NCBI RefSeq assembly: GCF_009914755.1
Contig: NC_060926.1
Direction: 5' to 3' (one strand)
DNA: 64,000 nucleotides
From: the human T2T-CHM13v2.0 reference genome, Homo sapiens
Notes under the pieces: generated by a model
Told to the model about the DNA's origin: nothing
The model's database searches: none
Seen by the model: the letters and a program-made list of their open reading frames with translations, nothing else
Made by a program: the position numbers and the translations under genes
Shown: piece after piece, positions 31,624 to 44,701 of the stretch
How the letters are laid out: each line of letters starts with the position of its first letter
Numbering within the stretch: position 1 is the first letter of the stretch

Positions 31624-32009
31624 GTAAGAGTTGCCATTCTATCTTATTTTCTCAAGCACCCATTATTTATCAAAGGAGGATGAGAATGAGCGTTACAGTG
31701 TAGTGAGAAAGATGAAAGTTAGACACTTCTGATGGTCAAATCCACTGGGCAGTTGGGACAGATGACTATGGGAAGAAAAGTGTTGGTCTCAAAGGATTAG
31801 ATTGGAGTTATATTAAGGGACACCACTGGCCAACTTTAGAAAATGCTGTGGTTCACATTTTCTCCCTCTCCCTTTTTTGACATTTATAGTTCAGACTTGA
31901 GAGAATGACACTACTGTTATTGTAACTAGGTTCCTTTTGTGTTCATGTTAGCCAGTCTGGCTTAAAATGTGTGTTGTGGACTGGAATTGGTCAGAGTCTG
32001 GCTCAGGTC

Positions 32010-32320
32010 ACAGACTGGGTAGCTCATCAGATGTACCTGGGCCAGAGGCACATCTTTGTTTGAGCCACATCATGCTTCAAACATGTTGGATCAATTCTAA
32101 CTAAACTTGAGATATTCCACATAAGGATCAGGGTTTCCAGGTTCTCCTGGGAAGACGGAATGATATGTCTATACTGGGCCTCTGTTCCTAAAAAGGATTC
32201 TAGTGCTGAGTAGCCTCTGCCTCTTAGACAAGTGGGGACAGTTCACCACCATCCCCAACCATCTCATTTGTTTGACTTGTTTGGTCACCGGAGGTATTTA
32301 ATTTTGCCATGCCTGTCCTA
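32010..32320. mobile_element. MER102-like hAT element
   Basis: GAGATATTCCACATAAGGATCAGGGTTTCCAGGTTCTC; diverged. Confidence 0.5.
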
Positions 32321-35251
32321 GATCATTCTGCTAGCTCTTTGACAAAAGTAGTAATAGCCTTTGTTAATTCCTCCAGATAAAAGCAAGTATCTTTTACTAG
32401 ATTATGGGCAGCACTTAGCATAAGGGGCTATAGCTGTAAGAGGATAATACATGGTCCCTTCCACAGCGAAGCTTGGAGTCTAGAGTGAGCAACAATCAGA
32501 CTTGTGGGGAATAAGGAGAATTGTAGATAACATCATAATGCCTTGTGATATGTGCTAAAATCAAGGTGTACACAAATGGGCTATGGGAGAGGGTAGAGAA
32601 GAGAGAACCATTAATTTGGCCTGGGCCCAAATTCTCCAAAACTCCCTCCCCTGGGCAGCAGAGCTTTCCCATGACAGACCTCTGTATGTGCTTGATTCCA
32701 AGCAACCTGGCTCAGCTGGAGATGTGATGGAGTATTTACAGCAGGGCTAGGGGCCCCTCTTGTGGTAAAGTCCAGGTTTTTCCTGTTTCTGTTTGAAAAG
32801 CTATCATCTACGATTCTTTGCTTTTTACAAAGAGGACAGCTTTCTGGTTGTTTGGCTCACTAAATCACTCAGCCTTCTGAGCAGCTCTCTGCTTGGAGAT
32901 GAGCTGTGTGAATTACAGAGATCCCTGGAGTTTCCAGAGAGTAGCAGTCACACTAAATACAGATCCAGAGGGAGTGAGTACAACTTTAATGTGATTGTAC
33001 TAGTTGGTGGGAGTAAGAGAAGGGAAGGGAATAGGGGAAGGAAGTGGGGGAAGGTAGAAATACCATTATATCAGTCTTTTATTTTTGGAACACAGTTTTA
33101 CATGTGGCTTGTGCTTTATGTTTTCAAAAGACTTTTACATTTGTTATTTTATCCTCAAGCTGGGTTTATAAACTCCTTCTATAGATGAAGACTTCACCTG
33201 CCCAAGGTCATGCAGATAAGAAGAGGCAGCTCAGACACAAGTTTTCAGAATCCTAGTCTTTCCCTCTTTTTTGCTAGTTGATGCTGATAATTCAGCATGA
33301 ATAAGAGGACATGCTGTTTTTGTTTTGTTAAGTTCAACATTGAAACGTTGCATTCAGTTTATGAATGCTCTGGAATAGAGCACCCTGGGACCCTGCAAAC
33401 TGTATGGACCTGTGTCATTCATGTGTTGTCCAACTGTGGCCCATGCTGTCAGAACATGTCCAGCGCAGAACAGACCTGGCAGGGAGTTTTCTTGCCTGAC
33501 TGTTTGGCCGGTGGGATTCACGCTTTACAGCAAGCCTTCCTCAGTGGACTGGGCTGCACCACTTGGAAAGCTACTGGAGGTGTTGGCTCCATGTAGGATC
33601 CTCGCCATGCTCAGACAATGCTGTAAGAGAAGACTCTTACCAGGGAGGCACCTGGTAGGAGGTTGGTAAGGAGGAGACATGGGTATGGATTGAGTTTAGG
33701 TTTCCAATTCTGTTTACGTTTGCTTGGTTTTTCCATTTTGTATATCCCCACATGGCATGACCAGAAATTGAATTTAGCATGACCTACTCTTTAAAAAAAT
33801 CAAAATGAGCTTTCTTTTTAAATTTAATAGAATAAAAGAAAACTCTTAGAAGAATGTTCCAAAAAGAAGGCAGTGTTAAATGCTGAAAATGGTGTATTTT
33901 TTTCTTTGATGAAAAAGGATTAATGTAGATTTTTGGACATCTACAAAACAAGAAGGAAAAACAAATCTGGGTTTTTATTTACTTTTATGAAATTGATACC
34001 AAAAAGCAGTTCTGTCCAGTAAGACAAATTGGCTTGTATTATAATACTTTCATTACTTTTCTGAGCAAAGCAGGTGCATTATCAGAGACAGCCATGAGCT
34101 TGTGTATATGTGTATGAGTCAGCCTTGAAAAGACACAATTTTGAGAATATTTTCTTAGGTGAGTTTGAGAGCATGAAGCAACAAGAGCAGGAAGTGGACC
34201 AAGAGGAGGCGAATAAAAGGTTAATGGCTTTGAAAAAGCTTTACAGGGTGCCAGTTGGAGACAACTGAATCAATGGTAGTTTTCATTTTACGCTGCCAGG
34301 GAGTTTCTTGGATTTTTGACATATTCTTCTTCTTTTCAATCTTATAAACACCAAGAGGGACAAGGTGGTCAAATACTGTATATATAGTGTTCTCACCATG
34401 AGTGATGTGGGTTGATAGTAGGGAGGAGAATCAATACAGTGAAGCTAAGTTTAGCTTTAAGAAGAGAATGAAAATAGCAGTTGGGTCTTCTACTTTGTGG
34501 CCAATGCCACTGTACCCTCAGATGTGCCTGATTTTAGACCCCATGTGTCTTCAGCATGTGAATGTCAATCTCCTTACAGTATGGCTGACATAATATGCAA
34601 ATGAGAACATCAGCCAGTCTCTACCTCCTCCCACTTAAAAAAATAAACTTTAAATACTCATATTTGAGGCATTGTGGAAAGAGTCTGCCGCATAAAAGGT
34701 GGACAACGTTGGGCAAATTCTGAGCCTCAGATGTCCCCATTTGCAACACGGGAGTCTAAGGTCTATGACTTAGGGCTGTTAGAGAATTAAAGACAATGAT
34801 TCATTCATTCAGTTACATGTACTCATTGCCTGCTAGTGCCTATGTACTGCACCAGTTGTTGAGAATAAAAGAGTGAATAATAGTGTATATGAAAGCACTT
34901 ACCACAGTGCATAGCCTGAAAAAAGATGCTTAGCACATTTTTCTTAAAACATTTTTAATGGAGAATTTTAACATGTACAAAAATAAAATAATACATTAAA
35001 CTCTTTTGTGCCTATCCATGACCCGCTGCAACAGTGATTAACTCATAGCCATCTTGTATGATCAGAGCTCCTGCCTTTCCATGTATTATTATGAAATCAA
35101 TCCCCAATGTTGTGTAATTTTATCAATAAATATTTTAGTATGTATTTCCAAAAGATAAGGGTTTTCTTTTAAGAACATAATTATATTACTATTGGGACAC
35201 TGAAAAATTAACAATGATTTTTTTTATAATATCAAGTATCTAGTTGGTTTT

Positions 35252-35623
35252 TGTACTAGTTCGTTCTCACATTGCTATAAAGAACTACGTGAGACTGAAT
35301 AATTTATAAGGGAAAGAGGTTTAATTGATTAAGAGTTCCGCATGGCTGGGAAAGCCTCAGGAAACTTAAAATCATGGCAGAAGGCAAAGGGGAAGCAAGC
35401 ACATCTTACCATAGTGAAGCAGGAGAGCGAGAGAGAGTGAAGTGGGAGATGCTACACATTTTCAAACAACCAGATCTTGTGAGAGCTCACTAACAATCAT
35501 GAAAAAAGCAAGGGGAAGTCTGCCCCCATGATTCAATCACCTCCCACCAGGCCCCTCCCCTGACACTTGGGGATTACAATTTGACGTGAGATTTGGGTGG
35601 GGACACAGAGCCAGACCATATCA
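35252..35623 (-). mobile_element. Solo MaLR LTR (THE1D/MSTA-like)
   Basis: TG...CA termini with 5-bp TSD GTTTT (35247-35251, 35624-35628). Confidence 0.92.
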
Positions 35624-35647
35624 GTTTTCAAATGTCCCTGATTTTCA

Positions 35648-35653
35648 TATATA

Positions 35654-35715
<62 letters not shown>

Positions 35716-35728
35716 CATATACATATAT
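35648..35728. repeat. (TG)n(TA)n microsatellite
   Basis: About 21 perfect TA units after a TG run. Confidence 0.97.
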
Positions 35729-36100
35729 TAAGCATTTGGCTGGTTAGAATCAGGATCTGTACAAAGTCTGTACACTGGCTTTGTTTGATATGCCTCTTAT
35801 TTGATCTGTGTCATTTGTCCTGTATGGTTTCCCAGTCTTGATTTTGCTGATTGCACCCCTGTGGTGTTATTGACCATATTCCTCTAAAATATTTATTTTG
35901 TTCAGTAAAATCTAGTTATTTTATTATATTAGGCTTGATTAGTGGGTTCAAATATTGTAACTCTGATCTCTGTTATGAAATTCCCCATCAGCTTTTTATC
36001 CGGATTTTATCAGCCATTGATTATCATTGCCTAGATCTATTATTTTATTATGAGATTTGAGTTCTATTATTTCTTTTTTTACTTATTAGCTGGAATCCCT

Positions 36101-36232
36101 ATTTATTCACTTATTTTTATTATAATTTTAAAAAATGATAAATAGAAATAGAGTCTCACTGTGTTGTCAAGGCTGGTCTCAAACTCCTGGGCTCAAGTGA
36201 TCCTCCTGCCTTGGCCACCCAAAGTGCTGGGA
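36101..36232 (-). mobile_element. Truncated Alu monomer (FLAM-like)
   Basis: Single left arm with TSD TGGAATCCCT (36091-36100, 36233-36242). Confidence 0.8.
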
Positions 36233-38834
36233 TGGAATCCCTTTTTAAATGACAGTATTATTGAGATATGCTTTGAATACAGCAAAATCTACCTTTTTAA
36301 AAATGGGTTTAATGCAGTGGTTCTTGGTATATTCATGACTGTACAACTTTCTAATTCCAAGACATATTTATCATCCTCAAAGGAAACCCAAATCCATTAA
36401 TAGTACCCATCTCCCCTCCCCCCAGCCCCCAGCAACCACTAATCTACTTTCTGTTTCTATAGTTTTGACTATTATGGATATTTCATATAAATGGAATAAT
36501 ACAATATATGATCTTTTATTGTCTTTTTTTAAGTAGACCTTTTTCATTAGCATAAGTTTTCAAAGTTGATCCAGGTTGTAGTCTGTCAGAACTTCATTCC
36601 TTGATGGACATTTAGATTATCTCCCCTTTTTCGCTATTATGAATAATGCTGCTACGAACATTACATACAGTTTTTGTTTGAACATATGTTTTCAGTTCTC
36701 TTGGGACTATACCTAGGAATGGAATTGCTGGGTCATATGGTAAACCTGTTTAACTTTTTGAGGAATGGGCTTAAACTGCTTTCTCAAGTGGCTGTACTAT
36801 TTTACATTGCTTACAATGACACACAAGGGTTCCACTTTCTCCACATCCCTGCCAACACCTGATGTATCATAATACAACATTTGCATTATTATTACTTTTT
36901 GACTATAGCCATCATACTGGTATGAAGTGGTGTCTCATTGTAATTTTGATTTGCATTTTCCTAATGTCTAATGATGTTGAGCATCTTTTCAAGTACCTTT
37001 TGGCCATTTATATGTTTTCATAGAAATGTCTATCAAAATTATTTGCCCATTTTAAAGGAGTTTATTTGTCTTTTTATTATTGAGTTGTAAGAGTTCTTTA
37101 TTCTGGATACTATATCCTTATCAGATATATGATTTGCAAATATTTTCTTCTATTTTGTGAGTTGTCTTCATTTTCTTGATACTTGTCCTTTGAATTGATA
37201 GTGTCCTTTGAAGTGCATTTTACATTTTGATAAAGTCAATTTAACTATTTTTTCTTTATTTTTCTGTAATTTTAGTGTTATAGCTAAGAAGCCATTCCCT
37301 AACTCAAGGTCATGAAAATTTATGTTAATTTTTTTTCTAAGAGTTTTATAATTTTAACACCTACATTCAGGCCTTTGATGTATTTAAAGTTAATTTTTGT
37401 ATATAGTGTGGGATACATATCCAATTTAGATTTTTTTGCATGTGGCTATCCAGCTGTTCCAATACTATTTATCGAAAAGACTCTTCTTACCCCTGTTGAA
37501 TTGTCTTGACACACTTGTCAAAAATCAATCAAAAAGCCCATATGGGCTTATTTTTCAGTTTATTGATTGATTTTTGACAAGTGTGTCAAGAATCAATTTG
37601 TCAATTTCTGAAGTTTTAGAATTTTGGAATCAATTTGTCAATTTCTGAAAAAAGGCAGCTAGGATTTTTATAGGAATTGTATTTAATCTATGAATTAATT
37701 TGGAGGGTATTGCCATTTAACAATAATAAATCTTTCAATCCGTGAACATTGGGTGTCTTTCTATTCATTTATTTCTTCCATAATTTTTTCAACAACATTG
37801 TGTAGTTTTCATTTTACAGGTTTATGCCACTTTTGTTAAATTTATTTCTAAATATTTTATTTTTCTGGATGCTATTGAAAATATAATTGTTTTCTTAATT
37901 TCATATTTGTATTATTGCTAGTATATAGAGATACAGTTTTTTTGTATATCAATCTAGTATCCTGCAAAATTGCTGAACTTATTTATTAGTTCTAATTTTT
38001 TTGTATATCTATTCCATAGGATTTTCTATATACAAGATCATGTCATCTGCAAATAGAAGTAGGTTAACTTTTCCTTTTCAGTCTGGATGCATTTTCTTTC
38101 TTTTCTTTGCCTAATTTCCCTGACTAGAACTTCCAGTACAATGTTGAATAAAAGTGGTGGGATTGGACATTCATGTTTTGTTCCTGATCTTAAGAGAAAT
38201 GCTTTTAGTCTTTTTTCATTAAATATGTTTTTAGCTGTGGGTTTTTCATAGATGCTCTTTATCAAATTGGAGAAATTCTGTTCTATTCTTAGTTTTTGAG
38301 TTTTTGTTTTTAATCATGAAAGAGTGCTAGATTTTTCAAATGCTTTTTCTGCATCTTTTGAGATGATAATGTCATTTTCATTATTTCTTTAGTATTTATA
38401 TTACCTTGATTGATTTACACGTTAAGTTAACCTTAAATTCCTGAGATAAATCCCACTACTCATGGTAATATAATTCTTTTTATATGTTGCTGGATTTGGT
38501 TTGCTGATGTTTTGTTGAGGATTTATTCATCTGTATTCATAAGGGATGCTCCCTGTAGTTTTCTTGTGATGTCTTTTTCTAGTTTTGGTATTAGGAGAAT
38601 ACTAGCTTCATAGAAGGAGCTGGGAAGTATGCCTTTCTCTTCTAATTTTTGGGAGGGTTTGTGGAAGATTGGTGGTGATTGTGGTAAAATTCACCAGCAA
38701 AGCTATCTGTACATGAGCTTTCCATATGAAAATTTTTAAAATTGCAAATTCTGTATCTTTACTTGTTAATAAATAGGTTTATTCAGATTTCCTTTTTCTT
38801 CTTGAGTTAGTTTGTGTAGATCATCTCTTTCTAG

Positions 38835-41800
38835 TGTAAACTAAAAATAAAATTCTAAGCCCTCTTGACTATCTGAATGGACCCCTCCTCTAGGCCAACG
38901 TCATTCCCAAATTAACCTGAAAAATGAGTTCAGACCATGATGAGAAGGAGAGGTAAGACATGCTTCATTATACCCTCCTCTTTTTTGGAATTCAGGAAAA
39001 GCTTACCAGCGTCAACATCAACATGAACCTTAGGACTGATAGTGCAGTCTCTTTAATTCTGATAAGAAACATTTACTGTCTATTCTCTCTGAAGTTGCTA
39101 TCTGGAGGCTTCATCTGCATGATAAAACCTTGGTCTTCACAACTGCTTATCTTAACCCAGACATTCCTATTGATTCTAAGTCTTTAGACAATGTATTAAT
39201 CTGTTTTCACGCTGCTATAAAGACATACCCGACTGGGTAATTTAGAAAGAAAAGAGATTTAATTGACTCACAGTTCCGCAGGGCTAGGGGGTCTCAGGAA
39301 ACTTACAATCATGGTGGAAGGGGAAGAGGCACGTCTTACATGGTGGCAGGCAAGAGAGAGTGGCGAGAGAAGGGAAAAGAGCTTTTTATCAACCATCAGA
39401 CCTTGTGAGAACTCACTCACTATCATGAGAACAGCGTGGGGGAAACTGCCCCCATGATCCAGTTACCTCTTACCAGGTCGCTCCCTTGACACGTGGGGAT
39501 TACAATTCAACATGAGATTTGGGTGGGGACACAAAGCCAGACCATATCATTCTACCTCTGGCCCCTCCCAAATCTCATGTCCTCATGTTTTAAAACCAAT
39601 CATGCCTTCCCAACAGTCACCCAAAGTCTTAACTCATTTCAACATTAATTCAAAAGTCCAAGTCCAAAGTTTCATCCGAGACAAGGCAAGTCCCTTCTAC
39701 CTAGGAGCCTCTAAAATCAAAAGCAAATTAGTTACTACCAAGATACAATGGGGGTACAGGCATTGGATAAATGCTTCCATTCCAAATGGGAGAAATAGGC
39801 CAAAGCAAAGGATTGTTTTGGCCCCCAAACAAATTGGCCCCAAAGGGGCAAGTCTGAAACCCATCAGGGGAGCCATTAAGTCTTAAAGCTCCTAAATGAT
39901 CTCCTTTTACTCCATGCCTCACATCCAGGTCACAGTGATGCAAGAAGTGGGCTCCCATGGTCTTGGGCAGCTCCACCCCTATGGCTTTGCAAGGTACAGC
40001 CCTCCTCCCAGCTGCTTTCATGGACTGGTGTTGAGTGTCTGTGGCTTTTCCAGGTGCTCAGTGCAAGCTGTCAGTGGATCTACCATTCTGGGGTCAGGAG
40101 GACAGTGGGTGTCTCTTCTCACAGCTCCACTTGGCAGTGCCCCAATGGGGACTCTGCGTGGGATTCTAACCCCACATTTCCTTTCTGCACTGCCCTAGCA
40201 GAGGTTCTCCATGAGGGCTCTGCCCCTGTAGCAAACTTCTGCCTGGACTTCCAGGCATTTCCATACATCCTCTGAAATCTAGGTAGAGGTTCCCAAACCT
40301 CAGTTCTTCTGTCCACTTGCAGGCCCAAGACCACATGGAAGTCATCAAGGATTGGGGCTTGCGCCATCTGAAGCCATGGCCCAAGCTGTACCATGGCCCC
40401 TTATAGCCATGACTGGAGCTGAAATGTCTGGGATGCTGGGTGCCATGTTGCAAGGCTGCACAGAGCAGCGGGGCCCTAGGCCTAGCCCATAAAAACTTTT
40501 TTCCTCCAGGCTTCTAGGCCTGTGGTGAAAGGGGCTGCTGCCAAGACCTCTGATATGCCCTGGAGAAATTTTCCCCATTGTCTTGGCAGTTAACATTCAG
40601 CTCCTGGTTACTTATGCAAATTTCTGCAGCCAGCTTGAATTTCTCCTCAGAAAATGGGTTTTTCTTTTCTATCACATCATCGGGCTCCAAATTTCCCAAA
40701 CCTTTATGCTCTGCTTCCCTTTTAAACAAAAATTCCAATTTCAAACGATCTTTTGTGAATGCATAAAACAGAATGCTTTTAAGAGCACCTAGGTCACATC
40801 TTGGACACTTTGTTGCTTAGAAATTTCTTCCACCAGATACCCTAAATCATCTCTCTCAAGTTCAAAGTTCTACAGATCTCTACAGCAGGGGGAAAATGCC
40901 ACCAGTCTCTTTGCTAAAGCATAGCAAGAATGAGTGTTTGTTCCAGGTCCCAATCAGTTTTTCATCTCCATCTGAGACCACTTCAGCCTGGGCTCATTGT
41001 CCATATCACTACCAGCATTTTGGCCAAAACCACTCAACAAGTCTCTGGGAAGTTCCAAACTTTTCCACATCTTCCTGTCTTCTTTGGAATCCTCCAAACT
41101 GTTCCAGCCTCTGCCTGTTACCCAGTTCCAAAGTTGCTTCCACATTTTGGGGTATCTTTATAGCAGTACCCCACTCTCTGTGGTGCCAATTTATAGTATT
41201 AGTCAATTTCCATACTGCTATAAAGACATACACAAGACTGTGTAATTTATAAAGAAAATATGTTTAATTGACTCACAGTTCTGCAGAGCTGAGGAAGCCT
41301 CAGGAAACTTACAATCCTGATAGAAGGGGAACAGGCATGTCTTACATGGTGGCAGATGAGAGATGAGCAAAGGGGGAAGAGCCCCTAATAAAACCATCAA
41401 ATCTTGTGAGAACTCATTCACTATTACAAGAACAGCATGGGGAAACCACCCCCATGATCCAATCACCTCCCACCAGTTCTCTTTCTTGACACTTGGGCAT
41501 CACAATTGGAGATGAGATTTGGGTGGAGATACAAAGCCCAACCATATCAGACAATAATAACTTAACTCTTTCAACCAATTGCCAATCAGAAAATCTTTGA
41601 ATCTGCCTATGGCCTGGAAGCCCCCCACCTCAGCTGCCAGTTTTCTGGGCTTTCTGGACAGAACCAATGTACATTTTACATATATTGATTGATTTCTTGT
41701 GTCTCCCTAAAATGTATATAGCCAAGTTGTAGGCCAACAACCTTGAGTACATGTTCTCAGGATATGCTGAGGGCTATGTCACAGGCCATTGGTCACTCAT

Positions 41801-41857
41801 ATTTGGCTCAAAATAAATCTCTTTAAATATTTTAGAGTTTGACCCTTTTTGTTGACA
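38835..41857 (+). mobile_element. MER4-family (ERV1) solo LTR, split by THE1 (pieces 38835-39191 and 41550-41857)
   Basis: TGTAAACTAAAAATAAAATTCTAAGCCC...TTTTGTTGACA with 4-bp TSD CTAG (38831-38834, 41858-41861). Confidence 0.88.
39192..41549 (-). mobile_element. Complete THE1 (MaLR) element: LTR-internal-LTR
   Basis: LTRs at 39192-39549 and about 41195-41549, a 1.65-kb THE1 internal region, and 5-bp TSD GACAA (39187-39191, 41550-41554). Confidence 0.95.
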
Positions 41858-42004
41858 CTAGCAATTTGTACACTTCATCTAGGTTATCTAATTTGTGGAC
41901 ATATGATTGATCATAGTATTCCTTTATAGTTCTTTTCATTATGTAAGGTCAATAGTGGTATTGTTCTTTCATTGCTGATTTTGCTAATTTGAATCTTCTC
42001 TCAT

Positions 42005-42283
42005 TTTTTAATTTTCCTTTGTTTTGTTTAAGTTTTGAGACAGAGTCTGACTCTGTCACCGAGGATGGAGTGCAGTAGTGCGATCTCGGCTCACTGCAGC
42101 CTCCCCCTCCTGGGTTCAAGTGATTCTCATGCCTCAGCCTCTCGAGTAGCTGAGACTAGATGTGCATGACACCATGCCCAGCTAATTTTTGTATTTTTTG
42201 TAGAGATGGGGTTTTGCCATGTTCACCAGGCTGGTCTTGAACTCCTGGCCTCAAATGATCCATCTGTCTTGGCCTCCCAAAGT
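42005..42283 (-). mobile_element. Alu (old S/J type), slightly 5'-truncated
   Basis: Reverse dimer ending at CCTCCCAAAGT. Confidence 0.92.
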
Positions 42284-42961
42284 ACTTTCATTTTTTCTTG
42301 ATTAGCCTAGTTGAAGATTTGTCAATTTCGTTGATTGTTTTAAATGACCAATGGCTTTGTTGAATTTTTTTTAAATTTTATTCTCCATTTGTTTATTTGC
42401 ATGTTAATCTTTATTATTTCCTTTTTTTTTTTCAGAGGAGGAATTTGTTCTCTTGCAGACAACCTTGCCTTTCCATAAACATAAGGGGAAAGAGATTCCT
42501 TTCTGACCTTTCTGCTCCCTTTAATGGTGTTACTGTCTGCCCACTTTTACAGACTAGAAAACACATCCTCTTTTGGCCTTTCTGCTTCCTTGTCCCTTTT
42601 TTTTTCCCAATCAGTTACCAAATCCTGTAGATTCTGTCTTATAAACTTCTTCTGAGTTTATCACTTCCTCTTTATATGCACTGCCACTGTGTGTGTCCAT
42701 GTCCTTGCCACCCCTAACCTGTTCTGTTGCAGCCCTGTCTTCTTGGTCCCAGCTTTTGCCCCGTGCAGCTTTCACGCTGCTGTCATTGGCGGCTTTCTAA
42801 GTCACAGTCACAAACCTAGCTATGTCTACTTGTTGATTAAGACCCTTTAGTGGTCTTGCTGACAGATTCTTTGGACTGATATACAGGGTCCTCCACAATC
42901 TGGCTTCTGTCTACCCTTCGATGCCTCTGGTGGGAATGTCCTTTTCCTTTCAGTTTGGTGG

Positions 42962-43351
42962 TGTGTTAGTCTGTTCTCACACTGCTATAAAGAACTACCT
43001 GAGACTGGGTAATTTATAAAGATTTAATTGACTTACAGTTCTGCAGGCTGTACAGGAGGCATGGCTGGGGAGGCCTCAGGAAATTTACAGTCCTGGCAGC
43101 AGGTGAAAGGGAAGCCAGCATGTCTTACATGGCAGAGCAGGAGAGAGAGAGAGTGAAGGGGGAGATGCTACACGCTTTGAAAGAGCCAGATCTCATGAGA
43201 ACTCTGTCACGAGACAGTGCTTGGGGGATGATGCTAAGCCATTAGAAACCACCCCCATGATCCAATCACCTCCCACCAGGCTCCACCTGCAACACGCAGG
43301 ATCACAATTCAACATGAGATTTAGGTGGGGACACAGAGCCAAACCATATTA
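42962..43351 (-). mobile_element. Solo MSTA-like LTR
   Basis: MaLR LTR with 5-bp TSD GGTGG (42957-42961, 43352-43356), inside an L2 remnant. Confidence 0.92.
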
Positions 43352-43514
43352 GGTGGACTCCACTTGAACCTTTGAGCTGCATATAACCTCTGCTATGAAG
43401 CTTCTCCAGGTAAGGTCACTGCTTTTTTCTCAGTAATCCCAAAGATGCTTGACTGACCTCTCGCATAGCATGCTTCACATTGGATTATTAGATTATAAAA
43501 AGGAAGAAGGTGGG

Positions 43515-43720
43515 GGAAGTCTATGTAGTGGAGAGAACATGGACTTTGGAATTAATTCAACCTGGGTTTAAATCTTGGCTCCATCATTTACCTATTATGT
43601 ACCTAGAGAGGCTGAGAGCAGTACCCGTTTTTCTATCCAGCTACCATATAGTGTTGGAAGGACTGAATGACATAATGTGTAAAGGCCTCCAGTAGTATCA
43701 GGTGGGGACTCAGTATATGA
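43515..43720 (+). mobile_element. MIR
   Basis: CCTGGGTTTAAATCTTGGCTCCATCATTTAC. Confidence 0.65.
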
Positions 43721-44701
43721 CAGTCTCCTTTTATTTGTATCATCTGTTCTGAGGAAACGTCATTGCATTGGGTGAGGATCAAAAGCTGTTATTTTCTCTC
43801 TGAGAAAGCGACCTGGTGTATCCTGATTAGTGTCAGAACTAAAAACAGGCCACGTGCTCAGCCAGTATAGACAATCTATGGAAAGATAATTATAGATTAG
43901 GGCCACGTGGGGACTGTCTGTGATGGGAAGGAGGAGGTGGGAGTGGAGCGGGTTTGTGTCAGGAAACTGATAGTGCAATTACCATAAAGAGGTTTTCCCA
44001 AGTCAGGTTCTTTTCATGTGGATGTTCCTGAAACACCATCCCATGAAGTGTAATGATATCTTTAAGATATAAGGTACTTAAGCACAGGGAGATAATTATA
44101 TCCTCTTGATTGTCCACATCCAAACACAGGGAGTAGGGCTTTCTCTTAAAGGAGTAAAACATTGGTACGCAAAGGGAAACTCACATCCTTTGTAAGAGCT
44201 GAGCTGAGCCCCCTGTGATGAGTGTGTTGGGGGCATGACCAAGCCCTAGGGATTGGAAGGGATGAGCTTCAAGCCTGGCAGCAACTAGCCTGTCATGTCT
44301 GAATTGAGTTTTCCCAAACATGAAGAGCTTGTGCTTGAATCTCTGGAGACGCTTGTATTATGTAAGTGATCTAAATTGCATTGTATTTTTGGGGGCAAGG
44401 TTGGGAGGTACAGTTTGAATGCTTAACACACAGAGAAATGGCAATTAGGGTTCATACAAATTATATTGCCATCTTTCCTCTTTCCTAAAGAAAATGGGTT
44501 CCCAAAATCCTAAGTTTTTTTGGGAAAAATCTGTTTTGTGTTGATTTTCTTCTGAACAAAATGCATAATAATGTATTCATTTTTATTGCATTTCCTGCTT
44601 TGCTTTTAATGTAGCCCATCCTCCTGGAAAGGGCAGATTAAAAATAAGCTTGGCTGGGCACGGCAGGACAGAGTGCTAATATCATCTTGTGCTCTTTCCA
44701 G

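Larger units (their letters stand above)
36243..42430 (-). mobile_element. L1MB-type LINE (pieces 36243-38834 and 41858-42430), interrupted by MER4/THE1 and an Alu
   Basis: L1MB-like 3'UTR (GCAACCACTAATCTACTTTCTGTTTCTAT) and ORF2 remnant 38038-38265 (IYEKPTA...[11 protein letters not shown]). Confidence 0.88.

Noticed and set aside
32793-33188. 131-aa ORF
   Set aside because: TTG start, no recognisable motif, length compatible with chance.
39263-41466. Dense overlapping ORFs on both strands
   Set aside because: They lie within the THE1 element; short, with no gag/pol motifs.
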